Shown here in pieces: positions 30,169-43,017 of a stretch of DNA of 64,000 bases. Under the pieces are notes generated by a model that was not told where the DNA came from, ran no database searches, and saw only the letters and a list, made by a program, of their open reading frames with translations. Position 1 is the stretch's first letter, and every line of letters begins with the position of its first letter. The stretch lies in assembly GCF_988243305.1 (NCBI RefSeq), contig NZ_OZ547136.1; one strand, written 5' to 3'. The position numbers and the translations under genes were made by a program.

Positions 30169-31218
30169 TTATTGCGCAAAGGGATTTTTCGTTTCGTATG
30201 ACGTGTTATAAAGCGCGTCGGAAATTAAATACTGGTAAATATCATCAACAATTTCGATGCCTTCGACGGCGGCTTTGCGTTGTTTAATATCCTGATCCTG
30301 TCCGGGATAATAAACCTGGTTAAAACCGGGCGCGGGGGTTATGGCATTTAATTCGCGCATGGTCTGGCTAAGATGTTGACGGAATAGTTCGCTGGAGGAG
30401 AAAAAGTTCGGGTTAATAACGATATGTAATTGCCCCAAATTACGCCCGGCGTGTAAATCGTCATACATCGAACTAACCTGTCGCCCGAACGGTAAGCCGA
30501 GTAAGACGCCTGAGAGGACGTCAATCATCATCATCAGGCCATACCCTTTCGGTCCGGCGGCAGGGAGCAGGGCGTTAACTGCAAATGGATCGGTTGTTGG
30601 TGCTCCGTTTTTATCGACCGCCCAGGTATCCGGGATAGACATATTACGCGAGCGGGCGTCGAGCACTTTTCCCCATGCCTGTACGGTAGTCGCCATATCA
30701 AAGGTAAGGATCTCGTCGCCTTCTCCCGGCGCGGCAAAGGCCAGTGGGTTAGTACCGTAGTAAATTTCCGCGCCGCCAAACGGCACCACCATTGGATCGG
30801 ACTGGCACATCGAAATGCCAATTAATCCGGCGCGGGCTGCCTGCTGCACAAAATAAGAGATTGCGCCGCTGTGACCCATCCGGCTGATACCGACCACCGC
30901 AACGCCATTTTGCTGGGCGGTTTTGATGGCATGTTCCATACCCATTTTCGCCGCGACCTGTCCGGCAGCATTGTCGGCATGTAAAATTGCCGAACACGGC
31001 CCGGTTTCTTCAAGACGAAATTCCGGTTCACGGTTGGTGCCGCCTTTTGAAATGCGTTCCGCGTAGTATTCCACGCGCACCGCGCCATGAGAGTGGATCC
31101 CTCTGGCATCGGCGTAAACCAATACTTCAGCCACGGTTGCAGCGTGCTCACGTTTTAACCCAGCCTGGCAGAGTTTATTCTCGATTAGCTGGTGGAGTGT
31201 TTCCCGACTGATTTTCAT
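30169..31218 (-). CDS. allD: ureidoglycolate dehydrogenase
   Basis: 349-aa ORF; synteny. Confidence 0.9.
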   Translation of the reverse strand: MKISRETLHQLIENKLCQAGLKREHAATVAEVLVYADARGIHSHGAVRVEYYAERISKGGTNREPEFRLEETGPCSAILHADNAAGQVAAKMGMEHAIKTAQQNGVAVVGISRMGHSGAISYFVQQAARAGLIGISMCQSDPMVVPFGGAEIYYGTNPLAFAAPGEGDEILTFDMATTVQAWGKVLDARSRNMSIPDTWAVDKNGAPTTDPFAVNALLPAAGPKGYGLMMMIDVLSGVLLGLPFGRQVSSMYDDLHAGRNLGQLHIVINPNFFSSSELFRQHLSQTMRELNAITPAPGFNQVYYPGQDQDIKQRKAAVEGIEIVDDIYQYLISDALYNTSYETKNPFAQ

Positions 31219-31534
31219 CTGTCTTCCTTTTTAACGACGGTGTGAAGCATGACTGCTATTAACATACAGGGAAAATATCTGGATTATGTGATCCAGACAG
31301 GCAAAAAAATATAGTTAGAATTTATTTGATAATCCGCTCGCTTTTAACCTGGTTTTTAAAACAACCACGCTTATTAAAAAATAACACGTAATAGCATGGC
31401 GGTTATTTGAATTCTTTTGTTAATAATCCCTGTGTGATATTCATCACCTTATTTTCCCGTTCTCATCGATACCGTAATCGCCACATTAACACTGCTCGTG
31501 CAATTGCCATGGGTGCAATTTTTAAGGAGTTGTT

Positions 31535-33202
31535 ATGATCCACGCCTTTATTAAAAAAGGGTGTTTTCAGGATTCTGTCAGTTTAATGATTATTTCACGA
31601 AAACTCAGCGAATCAGAAAATGTTGATGATGTTTCCGTAATGATGGGTACGCCCGCCAATAAAGCGTTATTAGATACCACAGGTTTCTGGCATGACGATT
31701 TTAATAACGCCACGCCGAACGATATTTGCGTGGCAATTCGTAGCGAAGCGGCGGATGCGGGGATCGCGCAGGCGATTATGCAACAGCTTGAAGAGGCGCT
31801 AAAACAACTGGCGCAGGGTTCAGGCAGCAGCCAGGCGTTGACGCAGGTGCGTCGCTGGGACAGTGCCTGTCAGAAATTACCCGATGCCAGTCTGGCGCTG
31901 ATTTCAGTGGCTGGCGAGTATGCGGCGGAGCTGGCTAATCAGGCGCTGGATCGCAACCTCAACGTGATGATGTTCTCCGATAACGTCACGCTGGAAGATG
32001 AAATCCAGCTCAAAACCCGCGCACGCGATAAAGGCTTGCTGGTGATGGGGCCGGACTGCGGTACGTCGATGATTGCCGCCACGCCGCTGGCTTTTGCTAA
32101 CGTGATGCCGGAAGGCAATATTGGCGTCATTGGCGCTTCCGGTACCGGGATTCAGGAGCTGTGTTCGCAGATTGCGCTGGCAGGTGAGGGAATTACCCAC
32201 GCGATTGGTCTTGGCGGGCGCGACCTCAGCCGTGAAGTGGGCGGCATCAGTGCGCTAACGGCGCTGGAAATGTTAAGCGCCGACGCGAAAAGCGAAGTGC
32301 TGGCATTTGTTTCAAAACCACCTGCCGAAGCTGTGCGTCTGAAAATTGTTAATTCCATGAAAGCAACCGGCAAACCGACGGTGGCGCTGTTTTTAGGTTA
32401 TACCCCGGCGGTGGCCCGCGACGAGAATGTCTGGTTTGCCTCCTCGCTTGATGAGGCCGCACGCCTGGCTTGCCTGCTTTCACGCGTCACGGCGCGACGT
32501 AACGCAATAGCACCTGTCAGCAGCGGATTTATTTGCGGTTTGTATACCGGCGGTACGCTGGCCGCCGAAGCGGCGGGATTACTTGCCGGACAGCTTGGCG
32601 TGGAAGCCGATGATGCCCATCATCACGGCATGATGCTCGACGCCGATGGTCACCAGATTATTGACCTCGGCGATGATTTCTACACCGTCGGGCGTCCCCA
32701 TCCGATGATCGACCCGACCTTACGCAACCTGTTAATTGCCGATCTCGGCGCTAAACCGCAAGTGCGCGTGTTGCTGCTTGATGTCGTGATTGGCTTCGGT
32801 GCGACCGCCGATCCTGCCGCCTCGCTGGTGAGCGCCTGGCAAAAAGCCTGTGCCGCGCGTTCTGACAGCCAACCGCTGTACGCCATTGCCACGGTGACAG
32901 GCACTGAACGTGACCCGCAATGCCGCTCGCAGCAAATCGCCACGCTGGAAGATGCGGGGATTGCGGTAGTGAGTTCGCTGCCGGAAGCCACCTTGCTGGC
33001 GGCGGCGCTGATTCATCCGCTCTCGTCTGCCACACAGCCACATACACCGTCATTACTGGAAAACGTCGCCGTGATTAACATTGGATTACGCAGCTTTGCG
33101 CTGGAGCTACAAAGCGCCAGCAAACCGGTTGTGCATTACCAATGGTCGCCAGTCGCCGGCGGCAATAAAAAACTGGCTCGTTTATTAGAACGTTTGCAAT
33201 AA
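31535..33202 (+). CDS. fdrA: FdrA (acyl-CoA synthetase-like)
   Basis: 555-aa ORF; synteny. Confidence 0.85.
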   Translation: MIHAFIKKGCFQDSVSLMIISRKLSESENVDDVSVMMGTPANKALLDTTGFWHDDFNNATPNDICVAIRSEAADAGIAQAIMQQLEEALKQLAQGSGSSQALTQVRRWDSACQKLPDASLALISVAGEYAAELANQALDRNLNVMMFSDNVTLEDEIQLKTRARDKGLLVMGPDCGTSMIAATPLAFANVMPEGNIGVIGASGTGIQELCSQIALAGEGITHAIGLGGRDLSREVGGISALTALEMLSADAKSEVLAFVSKPPAEAVRLKIVNSMKATGKPTVALFLGYTPAVARDENVWFASSLDEAARLACLLSRVTARRNAIAPVSSGFICGLYTGGTLAAEAAGLLAGQLGVEADDAHHHGMMLDADGHQIIDLGDDFYTVGRPHPMIDPTLRNLLIADLGAKPQVRVLLLDVVIGFGATADPAASLVSAWQKACAARSDSQPLYAIATVTGTERDPQCRSQQIATLEDAGIAVVSSLPEATLLAAALIHPLSSATQPHTPSLLENVAVINIGLRSFALELQSASKPVVHYQWSPVAGGNKKLARLLERLQ

Positions 33203-33211
33203 GGGGTTCCC

Positions 33212-34471
33212 ATGTTTACATCAGTGGCGCAAGCCAATGCTGCGGTTATCGAACAAATTCGTCGCGCTCGTCCACACTGGCTGGATGTGCAACCGGCTTC
33301 TTCACTTATCAGCGAACTAAACGAGGGCAAAACACTGCTTCACGCCGGGCCGCCAATGCGCTGGCAGGAGATGACCGGACCCATGAAAGGGGCATGTGTG
33401 GGCGCATGTCTGTTTGAAGGCTGGGCGAAAGATGAAGCGCAGGCGCTGGCAATACTGGAGCAGGGGGAAGTGAACTTCATTCCTTGTCACCATGTGAATG
33501 CCGTCGGGCCAATGGGCGGCATTACTTCTGCCAGTATGCCGATGCTGGTGGTCGAGAACGTGACCGACGGCAACCGGGCGTACTGCAACCTCAACGAAGG
33601 TATCGGCAAAGTGATGCGTTTTGGCGCTTACGGCGAAGATGTCCTGACTCGCCATCGCTGGATGCGCGATGTGTTAATGCCGGTATTAAGCGCGGCGCTG
33701 GGGCGCATGGAGCACGGTATCGATCTCACGGCAATGATGGCGCAGGGCATTACCATGGGCGATGAGTTCCATCAACGCAATATTGCTTCCTCAGCACTGT
33801 TAATGCGTACGCTGGCCCCACAAATTGCTCGCCTCGATCATGATAAACAGCACATTGCGGAAGTGATGGATTTCCTCAGCGTGACCGATCAGTTCTTCCT
33901 CAACCTCGCGATGGCTTACTGCAAGGCGGCGATGGATGCTGGCGCGATGATCCGCGCAGGCAGCATCGTCACGGCAATGACCCGCAACGGCAATATGTTC
34001 GGGATTCGGGTAAGCGGGCTGGGCGAACGCTGGTTTACTGCGCCTGTAAACACTCCGCAAGGTCTGTTTTTCACCGGCTTCTCGCAGGATCTGGCGAACC
34101 CGGATATGGGCGATAGCGCGATTACCGAAACCTTTGGTATTGGCGGAGCCGCAATGATCGCAGCGCCTGGCGTAACGCGCTTTGTCGGTGCGGGTGGCAT
34201 GGAAGCGGCCAGAACCGTTTCTGAAGAGATGGCGGAAATTTACCTTGAGCGCAATATGCAGTTGCAGATCCCAAGCTGGGATTTTCAGGGCGCGTGCCTG
34301 GGGCTGGATATTCGTCGCGTGGTAGAAACCGGCATTACGCCACTCATCAATACCGGTATCGCCCATAAAGAGGCGGGGATCGGGCAGATTGGCGCAGGCA
34401 CTGTGCGGGCACCGCTGGCGTGCTTTGAACAGGCGCTGGAAGCACTGGCTGAAAGCATGGGGATTGGTTGA
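33212..34471 (+). CDS. ylbE: DUF1116-family protein YlbE
   Basis: 419-aa ORF; synteny. Confidence 0.8.
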   Translation: MFTSVAQANAAVIEQIRRARPHWLDVQPASSLISELNEGKTLLHAGPPMRWQEMTGPMKGACVGACLFEGWAKDEAQALAILEQGEVNFIPCHHVNAVGPMGGITSASMPMLVVENVTDGNRAYCNLNEGIGKVMRFGAYGEDVLTRHRWMRDVLMPVLSAALGRMEHGIDLTAMMAQGITMGDEFHQRNIASSALLMRTLAPQIARLDHDKQHIAEVMDFLSVTDQFFLNLAMAYCKAAMDAGAMIRAGSIVTAMTRNGNMFGIRVSGLGERWFTAPVNTPQGLFFTGFSQDLANPDMGDSAITETFGIGGAAMIAAPGVTRFVGAGGMEAARTVSEEMAEIYLERNMQLQIPSWDFQGACLGLDIRRVVETGITPLINTGIAHKEAGIGQIGAGTVRAPLACFEQALEALAESMGIG

Positions 34472-34481
34472 GGAACGCACA

Positions 34482-35297
34482 ATGACGATCATCCATCCTC
34501 TGCTTGCCAGCCGTAGTGCACCGAATTATCGCCAGTCCTGGCGGTTAGCGGGCGTGTGGCGGCGGGCGATTAACCTGATGACGGAAAGCTGTGAATTGTT
34601 AACACTACATCGTCAGGGTAGTGGTTTCGGCCCCGGAGGATGGGTGCTTCGCCGCGCGCAATTCGATGCGTTATGCGGTGGATTATGCGGCAATGAACAA
34701 CCGCAGGTTGTGGCACAAGGGATTCGCCTCGGGCGTTTCACGGTTAAACAGCCACAGCGTTATTGTTTGCTGCGTATTACGCCGCCTGCGCATCCTCAAC
34801 CGCTTGCAGCTGCATGGATGCAACGCGCGGAGGAAACCGGGCTTTTCGGGCCACTGGCGTTGGCGGCAGGCGATCCGCTTCCTGCTGAATTACGCCAGTT
34901 TCGCCACTGTTTTCAGGCCGCGCTCAATGGCGTGAAGACTGACTGGCGGCACTGGCTGGGTAAAGGTCCGGGATTAACGCCAAGTCATGATGACACGCTG
35001 AGCGGAATGCTGCTGGCGGCCTGGTATTATGGCGCTTTAGATGCGCGCTCCGGTCGCCCGTTTTTTGCCTGTTCCGACAATCTTCAACTCGTTACCACAG
35101 CGGTGAGCGTCAGTTATTTACGTTATGCCGCGCAAGGATATTTCGCCTCGCCACTCCTGCACTTTGTCCATGCTCTGAGTTGCCCGAAACGTACCGCTGT
35201 TGCGATTGATTCGCTGCTGGCGCTGGGGCATACGTCAGGGGCAGATACGCTGCTGGGGTTCTGGCTTGGTCAACAATTATTACAAGGAAAACCATGA
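34482..35297 (+). CDS. ylbF: YlbF
   Basis: Start at [10 protein letters not shown] (271 aa); stop-start overlap with next gene. Confidence 0.75.
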   Translation: MTIIHPLLASRSAPNYRQSWRLAGVWRRAINLMTESCELLTLHRQGSGFGPGGWVLRRAQFDALCGGLCGNEQPQVVAQGIRLGRFTVKQPQRYCLLRITPPAHPQPLAAAWMQRAEETGLFGPLALAAGDPLPAELRQFRHCFQAALNGVKTDWRHWLGKGPGLTPSHDDTLSGMLLAAWYYGALDARSGRPFFACSDNLQLVTTAVSVSYLRYAAQGYFASPLLHFVHALSCPKRTAVAIDSLLALGHTSGADTLLGFWLGQQLLQGKP

Positions 35298-36187
35298 AAA
35301 CACTGGTTGTAGCTCTTGGGGGCAATGCCTTGCTTCAGCGCGGTGAGGCGCTGACGGCAGAAAATCAATATCGCAATATCGCCAGCGCTGTACCCGCACT
35401 GGCGCGCCTGGCCCGTTCTTATCGGCTGGCGATTGTTCACGGCAACGGGCCACAGGTGGGGCTGTTGGCGTTACAGAATCTGGCGTGGAAAGAGGTAGAA
35501 CCGTATCCGCTGGATGTGCTGGTGGCGGAAAGCCAGGGGATGATTGGCTATATGCTGGCGCAGAGCTTGAGCGCACAGCCGCAGATGCCGCCTGTCACGA
35601 CGGTGCTGACGCGCATTGAGGTTTCGCCTGATGATCCGGCGTTTTTGCAGCCAGAGAAGTTTATCGGTCCGGTTTATCAGCCAGAAGAACAAGAGGCACT
35701 GGAAGCGGCTTACGGCTGGCAGATGAAACGTGATGGTAAATATTTGCGCCGGGTGGTGGCGTCTCCGCAACCGCGTAAAATTCTCGACAGCGAAGCCATC
35801 GAGTTGTTGCTCAAAGAGGGGCATGTGGTGATTTGCAGTGGCGGCGGCGGTGTGCCTGTGACGGATGACGGAGCAGGGAGTGAAGCAGTGATTGATAAAG
35901 ATCTCGCCGCTGCGTTGCTCGCCGAGCAGATTAATGCCGATGGGCTGGTGATCCTCACCGATGCTGATGCGGTATATGAAAACTGGGGAACGCCGCAGCA
36001 ACGTGCCATTCGCCATGCCACACCGGATGAGTTAGCGCCATTTGCCAAAGTCGATGGTTCGATGGGGCCGAAGGTAACGGCGGTGAGTGGCTATGTCAGA
36101 AGCCGTGGTAAACCCGCGTGGATTGGGGCGTTATCGCGGATTGAAGAGACGCTAGCGGGCGAAGCGGGGACCTGTATTTCGCTGTAG
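35294..36187 (+). CDS. ybcF: carbamate kinase-like protein (YbcF/ArcC family)
   Basis: Amino-acid kinase family N-terminus [14 protein letters not shown]. Confidence 0.85.
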   Translation: MKTLVVALGGNALLQRGEALTAENQYRNIASAVPALARLARSYRLAIVHGNGPQVGLLALQNLAWKEVEPYPLDVLVAESQGMIGYMLAQSLSAQPQMPPVTTVLTRIEVSPDDPAFLQPEKFIGPVYQPEEQEALEAAYGWQMKRDGKYLRRVVASPQPRKILDSEAIELLLKEGHVVICSGGGGVPVTDDGAGSEAVIDKDLAAALLAEQINADGLVILTDADAVYENWGTPQQRAIRHATPDELAPFAKVDGSMGPKVTAVSGYVRSRGKPAWIGALSRIEETLAGEAGTCISL

Positions 36188-36204
36188 TGATGAGAGCATC
36201 CGGC

Positions 36205-36310
36205 AATCGGCGCACCATGCCTGATGCGACGCTTGACGCGTCTTATCAGGCCTACAATGGGTACCGGAGCGGTAAGCCGGATAAGGCGTTCACGCCGAAT
36301 CCGGCAAGAA
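36205..36310. repeat. REP element cluster between ybcF and purK
   Basis: GCCTGATGCGACGCTTGACGCGTCTTATCAGGCCTAC and GCCGGATAAGGCGTTCACGCCGAATCCGGC. Confidence 0.8.
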
Positions 36311-36323
36311 TATGAGCACCAGG

Positions 36324-37391
36324 TTAATTGAACTTACTCTGCGCCCAAATCACGCCGCTGGCATACTCCGGCGGCAGAAGCGGGATTAAGGCTTCCAGCG
36401 TTGCGGTCAGACGCGATGTGTCGCTGTCGGTCAAATTCAGATGCCCCACTTTACGGCCCGGACGGACTTCTTTGTCGTACCAGTGCAGATGCACCAGCGG
36501 CAGTTTCAGCCAGTCATAATTCACATCGCTACCAATCAGGTTGATCATCACCGACGGACTATTCACTACCGGTTGCGGTAACGGCAGATCGGTAATCGCC
36601 CGCAGATGCAGCTCAAACTGGCTGATGCTGGCACCGTTTTGTGTCCAGTGACCGCTGTTATGCACACGAGGAGCCAGTTCGTTGATCAACAGACCTTGCG
36701 GGGTGACAAAACACTCCATTGCCATCACGCCTACATAGCCCAGCTCCTGCATAATCGCCGACAACATCTCTTCGGCTTGTGTTTGTTGCTGTGCGTTGGC
36801 CTGCGGAAAAGCGACGCTGGTGCGCAAAATGCCTTCCTGATGCAGGTTATGCGTCAGCGGATAAAACACGGTGCTGCCATCAAAACCGCGCGCGCCAACC
36901 AGCGACACTTCACCAGAGAAGTTAATGCCCTGCTCGACAATACATTCGCCGTAACACTCTGCCGGTAACTGTTCGGTTTCATCGGCGCGTAAACGCCATT
37001 GACCGCGTCCGTCATAGCCACCAGTGCGACGCTTAACAATCGCCAGCTCACCTAAACGATCAAACACCGCAGGCCACTCGCTGCGATCGGCAAGTAACTG
37101 CCACGGTGCGGTCGGCAGGTGAAGCTTGTCGAAAAGCAGCTTCTGAGTCAGACGGTCAGCAATAATCGGGAATACATCGCGGTTCACAAAGGCCGGATGG
37201 CGCGCCAGCTCGCGGGTTAATGCGGTTTCCGGCCAGCGTTCGATCTCAGCGGTAATCACGCTTTGTTGAAAAGGCACCGCCGCCGGTTCAGCGTCCAGTC
37301 CGACCGGCCAGACAGCAATGCCTAACGGTTCGCCTGCCTGACGCAGCATACGGCCTAACTGCCCGTTACCGAGGACGCAAACCTGTTTCAT
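36324..37391 (-). CDS. purK: N5-carboxyaminoimidazole ribonucleotide synthase
   Basis: ATP-grasp fold; synteny. Confidence 0.95.
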   Translation of the reverse strand: MKQVCVLGNGQLGRMLRQAGEPLGIAVWPVGLDAEPAAVPFQQSVITAEIERWPETALTRELARHPAFVNRDVFPIIADRLTQKLLFDKLHLPTAPWQLLADRSEWPAVFDRLGELAIVKRRTGGYDGRGQWRLRADETEQLPAECYGECIVEQGINFSGEVSLVGARGFDGSTVFYPLTHNLHQEGILRTSVAFPQANAQQQTQAEEMLSAIMQELGYVGVMAMECFVTPQGLLINELAPRVHNSGHWTQNGASISQFELHLRAITDLPLPQPVVNSPSVMINLIGSDVNYDWLKLPLVHLHWYDKEVRPGRKVGHLNLTDSDTSRLTATLEALIPLLPPEYASGVIWAQSKFN

Positions 37392-37897
37392 GCCGCACCT
37401 CGCGGGTCCGGGTTTTCCAGCACTTCATCAGTTTGTGCTTTGCGCCAGTCATTCAGACGCTGGTGCAGTTCTTTATCATGAGTCGCAAGAATTTGTGCTG
37501 CCAGTAATGCCGCGTTTGCCGCGCCAGCTTTACCAATCGCCAGCGTACCCACCGGAATGCCGCGTGGCATTTGTACGATGGAGTAGAGGCTATCGACACC
37601 GCTCAGTGCGGCGCTCTGTACTGGCACGCCCAGCACCGGCACCAGCGTTTTGGCGGCAATCATACCTGGCAGGTGCGCTGCGCCGCCTGCGCCCGCAATA
37701 ATCACCTGATAACCGTTCTCTTCGGCACTTTCGGCGAAGCTGAACAGTTTATCGGGGGTGCGGTGAGCAGAAACCACTTCAACGTGGTGTGGGACATTCA
37801 GGATTTCGAAGATTTCGGCGGCGAACTGCATGGTAGCCCAGTCGCTTTTGGACCCCATCACGATGGCGACACGCGCCGGATTATTGCGGGAAGACAT
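37388..37897 (-). CDS. purE: N5-CAIR mutase
   Basis: Start at [20 protein letters not shown] (169 aa); overlaps purK start. Confidence 0.95.
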   Translation of the reverse strand: MSSRNNPARVAIVMGSKSDWATMQFAAEIFEILNVPHHVEVVSAHRTPDKLFSFAESAEENGYQVIIAGAGGAAHLPGMIAAKTLVPVLGVPVQSAALSGVDSLYSIVQMPRGIPVGTLAIGKAGAANAALLAAQILATHDKELHQRLNDWRKAQTDEVLENPDPRGAA

Positions 37898-37965
37898 GCG
37901 TCTTAAAACTCCTGTGGTGCACAACTCTCGGCTTTAGAGGGCACAGAGAATAGCACGGAAAGAGA

Positions 37966-37985
37966 GCAAGGAAAACGGTTGCGTG
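37966..37985 (-). promoter_or_regulatory. putative PurR box upstream of purEK (minus strand ACGCAACCGTTTTCCTTGC)
   Basis: One mismatch to the PurR consensus ACGCAAACGTTTTC as I recall it. Confidence 0.4.
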
Positions 37986-38014
37986 GCTGTGAAATCAGCA
38001 AAGTTGCGGGTTTT

Positions 38015-38737
38015 TTAAAACGGGAAATGAATTAGCTCAACGTCATCCGCCGTGACTTTCACCATTGAACCTTCCGTATGCCAGGCACCCAGCACGACGC
38101 GGAAAGCAGGTTGCTGATTGGCGATAAGTTCATGTACTGCCGGGCGATGGGTATGCCCGTGAATCAGCCATTGCACCTGATGTTTTTCCATCGCACTGAC
38201 CACCGCGTTTTGGTTAACGTCCATGATCGCCAGCGATTTACTGCTGTTGGCTTCTTTGCTGTTCGCTCGCATTCGCGCGGCAATGCGTTTGCGCACAAAC
38301 AACGGCAGGGCGAGGAATAGCGTCTGCAGCCACGGCTTGTGGACTTTGGCGCGAAAAGCCTGATAACCCGCGTCATCGGTGCACAGCGTGTCGCCATGCA
38401 TAATCAACACCCGACGACCATACAGTTCGAGCACCTTTTCTTCCGGCAATAACGTCATGCCGCTTTCACGGGCAAAGCGTTTGCCGAGCAGAAAATCACG
38501 GTTGCCATGAATGAAATAACAGGGAACGCCGGAATCGGACACCGCTTTGATCGCTGCCGCCATCTGGCGATGGAGTGGGTTGGGATCGTCGTCGCCAATC
38601 CACGCTTCAAACAGATCGCCAAGAATATACAGCGCGTCGGCCTTGCGGGCTTCCCCCGCTAAAAAACGCAGAAAACCGGCGGTGATCGCCGGTTCTTCCG
38701 CGCAGAGATGAAGATCTGCAATAAAGAGTGTCGCCAC
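38015..38737 (-). CDS. lpxH: UDP-2,3-diacylglucosamine hydrolase
   Basis: Calcineurin-like metallophosphatase motifs (GDLFEAW, GNRD). Confidence 0.95.
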   Translation of the reverse strand: MATLFIADLHLCAEEPAITAGFLRFLAGEARKADALYILGDLFEAWIGDDDPNPLHRQMAAAIKAVSDSGVPCYFIHGNRDFLLGKRFARESGMTLLPEEKVLELYGRRVLIMHGDTLCTDDAGYQAFRAKVHKPWLQTLFLALPLFVRKRIAARMRANSKEANSSKSLAIMDVNQNAVVSAMEKHQVQWLIHGHTHRPAVHELIANQQPAFRVVLGAWHTEGSMVKVTADDVELIHFPF

Positions 38738-38739
38738 GA

Positions 38740-39234
38740 TTACTCGCTAACGGTCACGCTTTCAATGATAACGTCTTCTTTTGGCACGTCCTGGTGCATA
38801 CCGCTACGACCGGTTGCAACACCTTTGATTTTGTCTACCACGTCCATGCCTTCAACCACTTCAGCAAACACGCAGTAACCCCAACCTTGCAGGCTTTCGC
38901 CAGAGAAGTTCAGGAAGTCGTTATCAACCACGTTGATGAAGAACTGTGCAGTTGCAGAGTGCGGTGCCTGAGTACGGGCCATTGCCAGCGTACCACGGGT
39001 ATTTTTCAGACCGTTGTTGGCTTCGTTTTTGATCGGGTCTTTGGTGGTTTTTTGCTTCATGCCCGGTTCAAAACCGCCGCCCTGAATCATAAAGCCGTTG
39101 ATTACACGGTGGAAAATGGTGTTGTTGTAAAAACCTTCGCGGCAGTAGTCCAGGAAGTTTTTAACTGTTTCAGGTGCTTTATCGTCAAAAGTTTTGATGA
39201 CAATATCGCCGTGATTGGTGTGGAAAGTAACCAT
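38740..39234 (-). CDS. ppiB: peptidyl-prolyl cis-trans isomerase B (cyclophilin)
   Basis: Cyclophilin fold; [16 protein letters not shown]. Confidence 0.95.
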   Translation of the reverse strand: MVTFHTNHGDIVIKTFDDKAPETVKNFLDYCREGFYNNTIFHRVINGFMIQGGGFEPGMKQKTTKDPIKNEANNGLKNTRGTLAMARTQAPHSATAQFFINVVDNDFLNFSGESLQGWGYCVFAEVVEGMDVVDKIKGVATGRSGMHQDVPKEDVIIESVTVSE

Positions 39235-39407
39235 TTTTGCATCCTGTTCCGTTTGATTGGTGCTTCAACCCGGTTCGGGTCATATATAGGGTGGTGTTAT
39301 AGCATAACCGCACGATCGGATCATCACGCAATGTATGCTGATTCGCGCGGGAAATATGGGTATTATACGCAACTCAATTACCCACACATGTCTAAACGGA
39401 ATCTTCG

Positions 39408-40793
39408 ATGCTAAAAATCTTCAATACTCTGACACGCCAAAAAGAGGAATTTAAGCCTATTCACGCCGGGGAAGTCGGCATGTACGTGTGTGGAATCACC
39501 GTTTACGATCTCTGTCATATCGGACACGGGCGTACCTTTGTTGCCTTTGACGTGGTTGCGCGTTACCTGCGTTTCCTCGGCTATAAGCTGAAGTATGTGC
39601 GTAACATTACCGATATCGATGACAAAATCATCAAACGCGCCAATGAAAATGGCGAAAGCTTTGTGGCGCTGGTGGATCGCATGATCGCCGAAATGCACAA
39701 AGATTTTGATGCTTTGAACATTCTGCGCCCGGATATGGAGCCGCGCGCGACGCACCATATCGCAGAAATTATTGAACTCACTGAACAACTGATCGCCAAA
39801 GGTCACGCTTATGTGGCGGACAACGGCGACGTGATGTTTGACGTACCGACCGATCCGACATATGGCGTGCTGTCGCGTCAGGATCTCGACCAGCTGCAGG
39901 CAGGCGCGCGCGTTGACGTGGTCGACGACAAACGCAACCCGATGGACTTCGTTCTGTGGAAGATGTCGAAAGAGGGCGAACCGAGCTGGCCGTCTCCGTG
40001 GGGCGCGGGCCGTCCAGGCTGGCACATTGAATGTTCGGCAATGAACTGCAAGCAGCTGGGTAACCACTTTGATATCCACGGCGGCGGTTCTGACCTGATG
40101 TTCCCGCACCACGAGAATGAAATCGCGCAGTCCACCTGTGCCCATGATGGTCAGTATGTAAACTACTGGATGCACTCCGGGATGGTGATGGTTGACCGCG
40201 AGAAGATGTCCAAATCGCTGGGTAACTTCTTTACCGTGCGCGATGTGCTGAAATACTACGACGCGGAAACCGTGCGTTACTTCCTGATGTCAGGCCACTA
40301 TCGCAGCCAGCTGAACTACAGCGAAGAGAACCTGAAGCAGGCACGCGCGGCGCTGGAGCGTCTCTACACTGCGCTGCGCGGCACAGATAAAACCGTTGCG
40401 CCTGCGGGTGGCGAAGCGTTTGAAGCGCGCTTTATTGAAGCGATGGATGACGATTTCAACACCCCGGAAGCCTATTCCGTGCTGTTTGATATGGCCCGTG
40501 AAGTGAACCGTCTGAAAGCAGAAGATATGGCAGCGGCGAACGCGATGGCGTCTCATCTGCGTAAACTTTCCGCCGTATTGGGCCTGCTGGAGCAAGAACC
40601 GGAAGCGTTCCTGCAAAGCGGCGCGCAGGCAGACGACAGCGAAGTGGCTGAGATTGAAGCGTTAATTCAACAGCGTCTGGATGCCCGTAAAGCGAAAGAC
40701 TGGGCGGCGGCAGATGCGGCGCGTGACCGTCTTAACGAGATGGGGATCGTGCTGGAAGATGGCCCGCAAGGGACCACCTGGCGTCGTAAGTAA
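39408..40793 (+). CDS. cysS: cysteinyl-tRNA synthetase
   Basis: Class I HIGH (HIGH) and KMSKS motifs present. Confidence 0.97.
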
Positions 40794-40803
40794 TTGCGCA
40801 ATT

Positions 40804-40829
40804 GCCGGATGCGAGTTTTCGCATCCGGT
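40804..40829. terminator. hairpin after cysS (CCGGATGCG...CGCATCCGG)
   Basis: Inverted repeat read directly. Confidence 0.45.
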
Positions 40830-41350
40830 TATCGTCTGCGCCACCACAACATTCCCATCAGTAGCATCCCCGGCAACCACACCCACATCAATTCGGAAAT
40901 AATCACCTGATGCCCGTACGCTGTGGTGTAACGAGACAATGCAAACGGCGCGACTTTAATCACCTGCCAGGGAGCGAAAAAGCGTTCATCTGACCACGGC
41001 CATAGCCAGCCAACGCCTTTACCACCAGTGGTTACCGAATCCAGCAAGCTGTGCGATAGCAATGAGACGGTTAAAAACAGCCAGCAGCGAATCAGCCCAG
41101 CCCTGAACCATCGACGCCCAATCAGCACACATAACAGCGGGACAACAAACGCAAACACCAGCGAATGGGTAAACCCGCGATGACCAAAAACATTGCCGTA
41201 AGCAACGCCAAATTTAAACGACAACACGTCGGCATCGGGCAGCATCGCCAGGATGATTCCGGCAAATAACAGACGCGGAGGGATGACTTTCGAACCCAAC
41301 CCTAAACCAATGCAAAGGGGAACGGCGGCGTGCGTAATAACGGTTGGCAT
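40829..41350 (-). CDS. ybcI: DUF457 membrane-bound hydrolase YbcI
   Basis: Polytopic membrane ORF; synteny. Confidence 0.8.
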   Translation of the reverse strand: MPTVITHAAVPLCIGLGLGSKVIPPRLLFAGIILAMLPDADVLSFKFGVAYGNVFGHRGFTHSLVFAFVVPLLCVLIGRRWFRAGLIRCWLFLTVSLLSHSLLDSVTTGGKGVGWLWPWSDERFFAPWQVIKVAPFALSRYTTAYGHQVIISELMWVWLPGMLLMGMLWWRRR

Positions 41351-41457
41351 GATGGTCGCTTCGGCAAAATGTCGATGCTATCAGCATGGATGAACGGGGC
41401 GTAGAGGGCAAAAGTCTGAAAAGAGAACCGGCCTGTTGATACAGGCCGGGAAAGGGA

Positions 41458-41670
41458 TCAGGCAACAACCTGTACGCTGTGACCTGCAAAACTCACTGTC
41501 TGACCGGCGACGATTTTGCAGCGTTTGCGCGTTTCAACCGCGCCGTCGACTTTCACCTGGCCTTCGGCAATCGCGATTTTCGCCTGCGCGCCGCTTTCGC
41601 TCCAGCCTTCCAGTTTCAGCAAGTCGCACAGCTCAACGTGCGGATGTTTACCTAAAGAAAATGTCGCCAT
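41458..41670 (-). CDS. ybcJ: S4-domain RNA-binding protein YbcJ
   Basis: Start at MATFSLGKHPHVEL (70 aa); ORF extends to 41724. Confidence 0.8.
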   Translation of the reverse strand: MATFSLGKHPHVELCDLLKLEGWSESGAQAKIAIAEGQVKVDGAVETRKRCKIVAGQTVSFAGHSVQVVA

Positions 41671-41671
41671 G

Positions 41672-42538
41672 TTACTCACCCTGTGGATCATGATATTCAA
41701 CGCACGCCTGTAGCGTGTTTTCAATCAGCGTGGCAACCGTCATTGGGCCAACGCCGCCGGGAACAGGCGTAATGTATGAGGCGCGTTTAGCCGCGTCTTC
41801 AAACACGACGTCGCCCACAACTTTGCCATTTTCCAGACGGTTGATGCCAACATCAATCACAATTGCGCCTTCTTTGATCCAGTCACCAGGAATAAAGCCC
41901 GGCTTGCCGACGGCAACGATCAACAGATCGGCATTTTCTACGTGGTGACGCAGATTTTTAGTGAAACGGTGAGTCACGGTGGTGGTGCAACCTGCCAGCA
42001 GCAGTTCCATGCTCATTGGGCGACCGACGATATTCGATGCGCCAATCACCACGGCGTTAAGGCCGAAGGTATCAATGTTGTAACGCTCAAGCAGCGTGAC
42101 GATACCGCGCGGGGTGCAGGGACGCAGACGTGGCGCGCGCTGGCACAGACGACCGACGTTGTAAGGATGGAAACCGTCCACGTCTTTGTCCGGATGAATA
42201 CGTTCCAGCACTTTGACGTTATCAATACCCGCCGGTAACGGCAGTTGAACCAGAATGCCATCGATGGTGTTGTCGGCATTCAGCGCATCGATAAGCTCCA
42301 ACAGCTCCGCTTCGCTGGTGGTTTCCGGGAGGTCATAAGAGCGGGAGACGAACCCGACTTCTTCACAAGCCTTGCGTTTGCTTGCGACATAAATTTGCGA
42401 TGCAGGGTTACTACCCACCAGCACAACGGCCAGTCCTGGTGCCCGCAGTCCGGCTGCAATACGCGCCTGAACTTTTTGAGCAACTTCAGAGCGCACCTGC
42501 TGCGCAATCGTTTTACCGTCAATAATCTTTGCTGCCAT
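41672..42538 (-). CDS. folD: bifunctional methylenetetrahydrofolate dehydrogenase/cyclohydrolase
   Basis: 288-aa ORF; FolD family. Confidence 0.95.
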
Positions 42539-43017
42539 CAGAGAGAGGATTCCATCTGTTACGTAGGTCGAAGGGGATGCGCCTATTTTGTCAGAAGCGG
42601 GGCGCGCTGTCAGGTTTCGTTTCAGATTTATCGCGTGAAGCGACCTCTTGCGAAGGTTAGGCGCACCGTCGCTGAGGTCGCTGAGATTGAAAGCTTCATT
42701 TTTCGTCCATGATGGCGTTGTAAATCTGGAACTGACTTATTTCCTTGTCAAAGGATTAAGATAATTTAAGAAATACCTGACAATATAAAAAGAATTTTCA
42801 GCCTGGTAATTTACCGCTTCAGGTCTATATTTGTGTTGAATATATTTTGCGCGGAAGTATTCATCTAACGGGGCTCTCTATTTTTTAGAATAGAGTGCAT
42901 ATTTTCAATTAAGACATTCTTAGAGGATAAAAAGGAATTTACTACTATCAGTGTCTTAAATAAAGTAATCGGTTATATACGGATGTGGAGTCGATAAATG
43001 AGATTGAAGGAATATAT

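Noticed and set aside
31219-31534. Direct repeat GTGCAATT x2 and AT-rich tract in the allD-fdrA divergent region
   Set aside because: Plausibly AllS or promoter elements, but I cannot tie them to a known consensus by eye; too weak to call.
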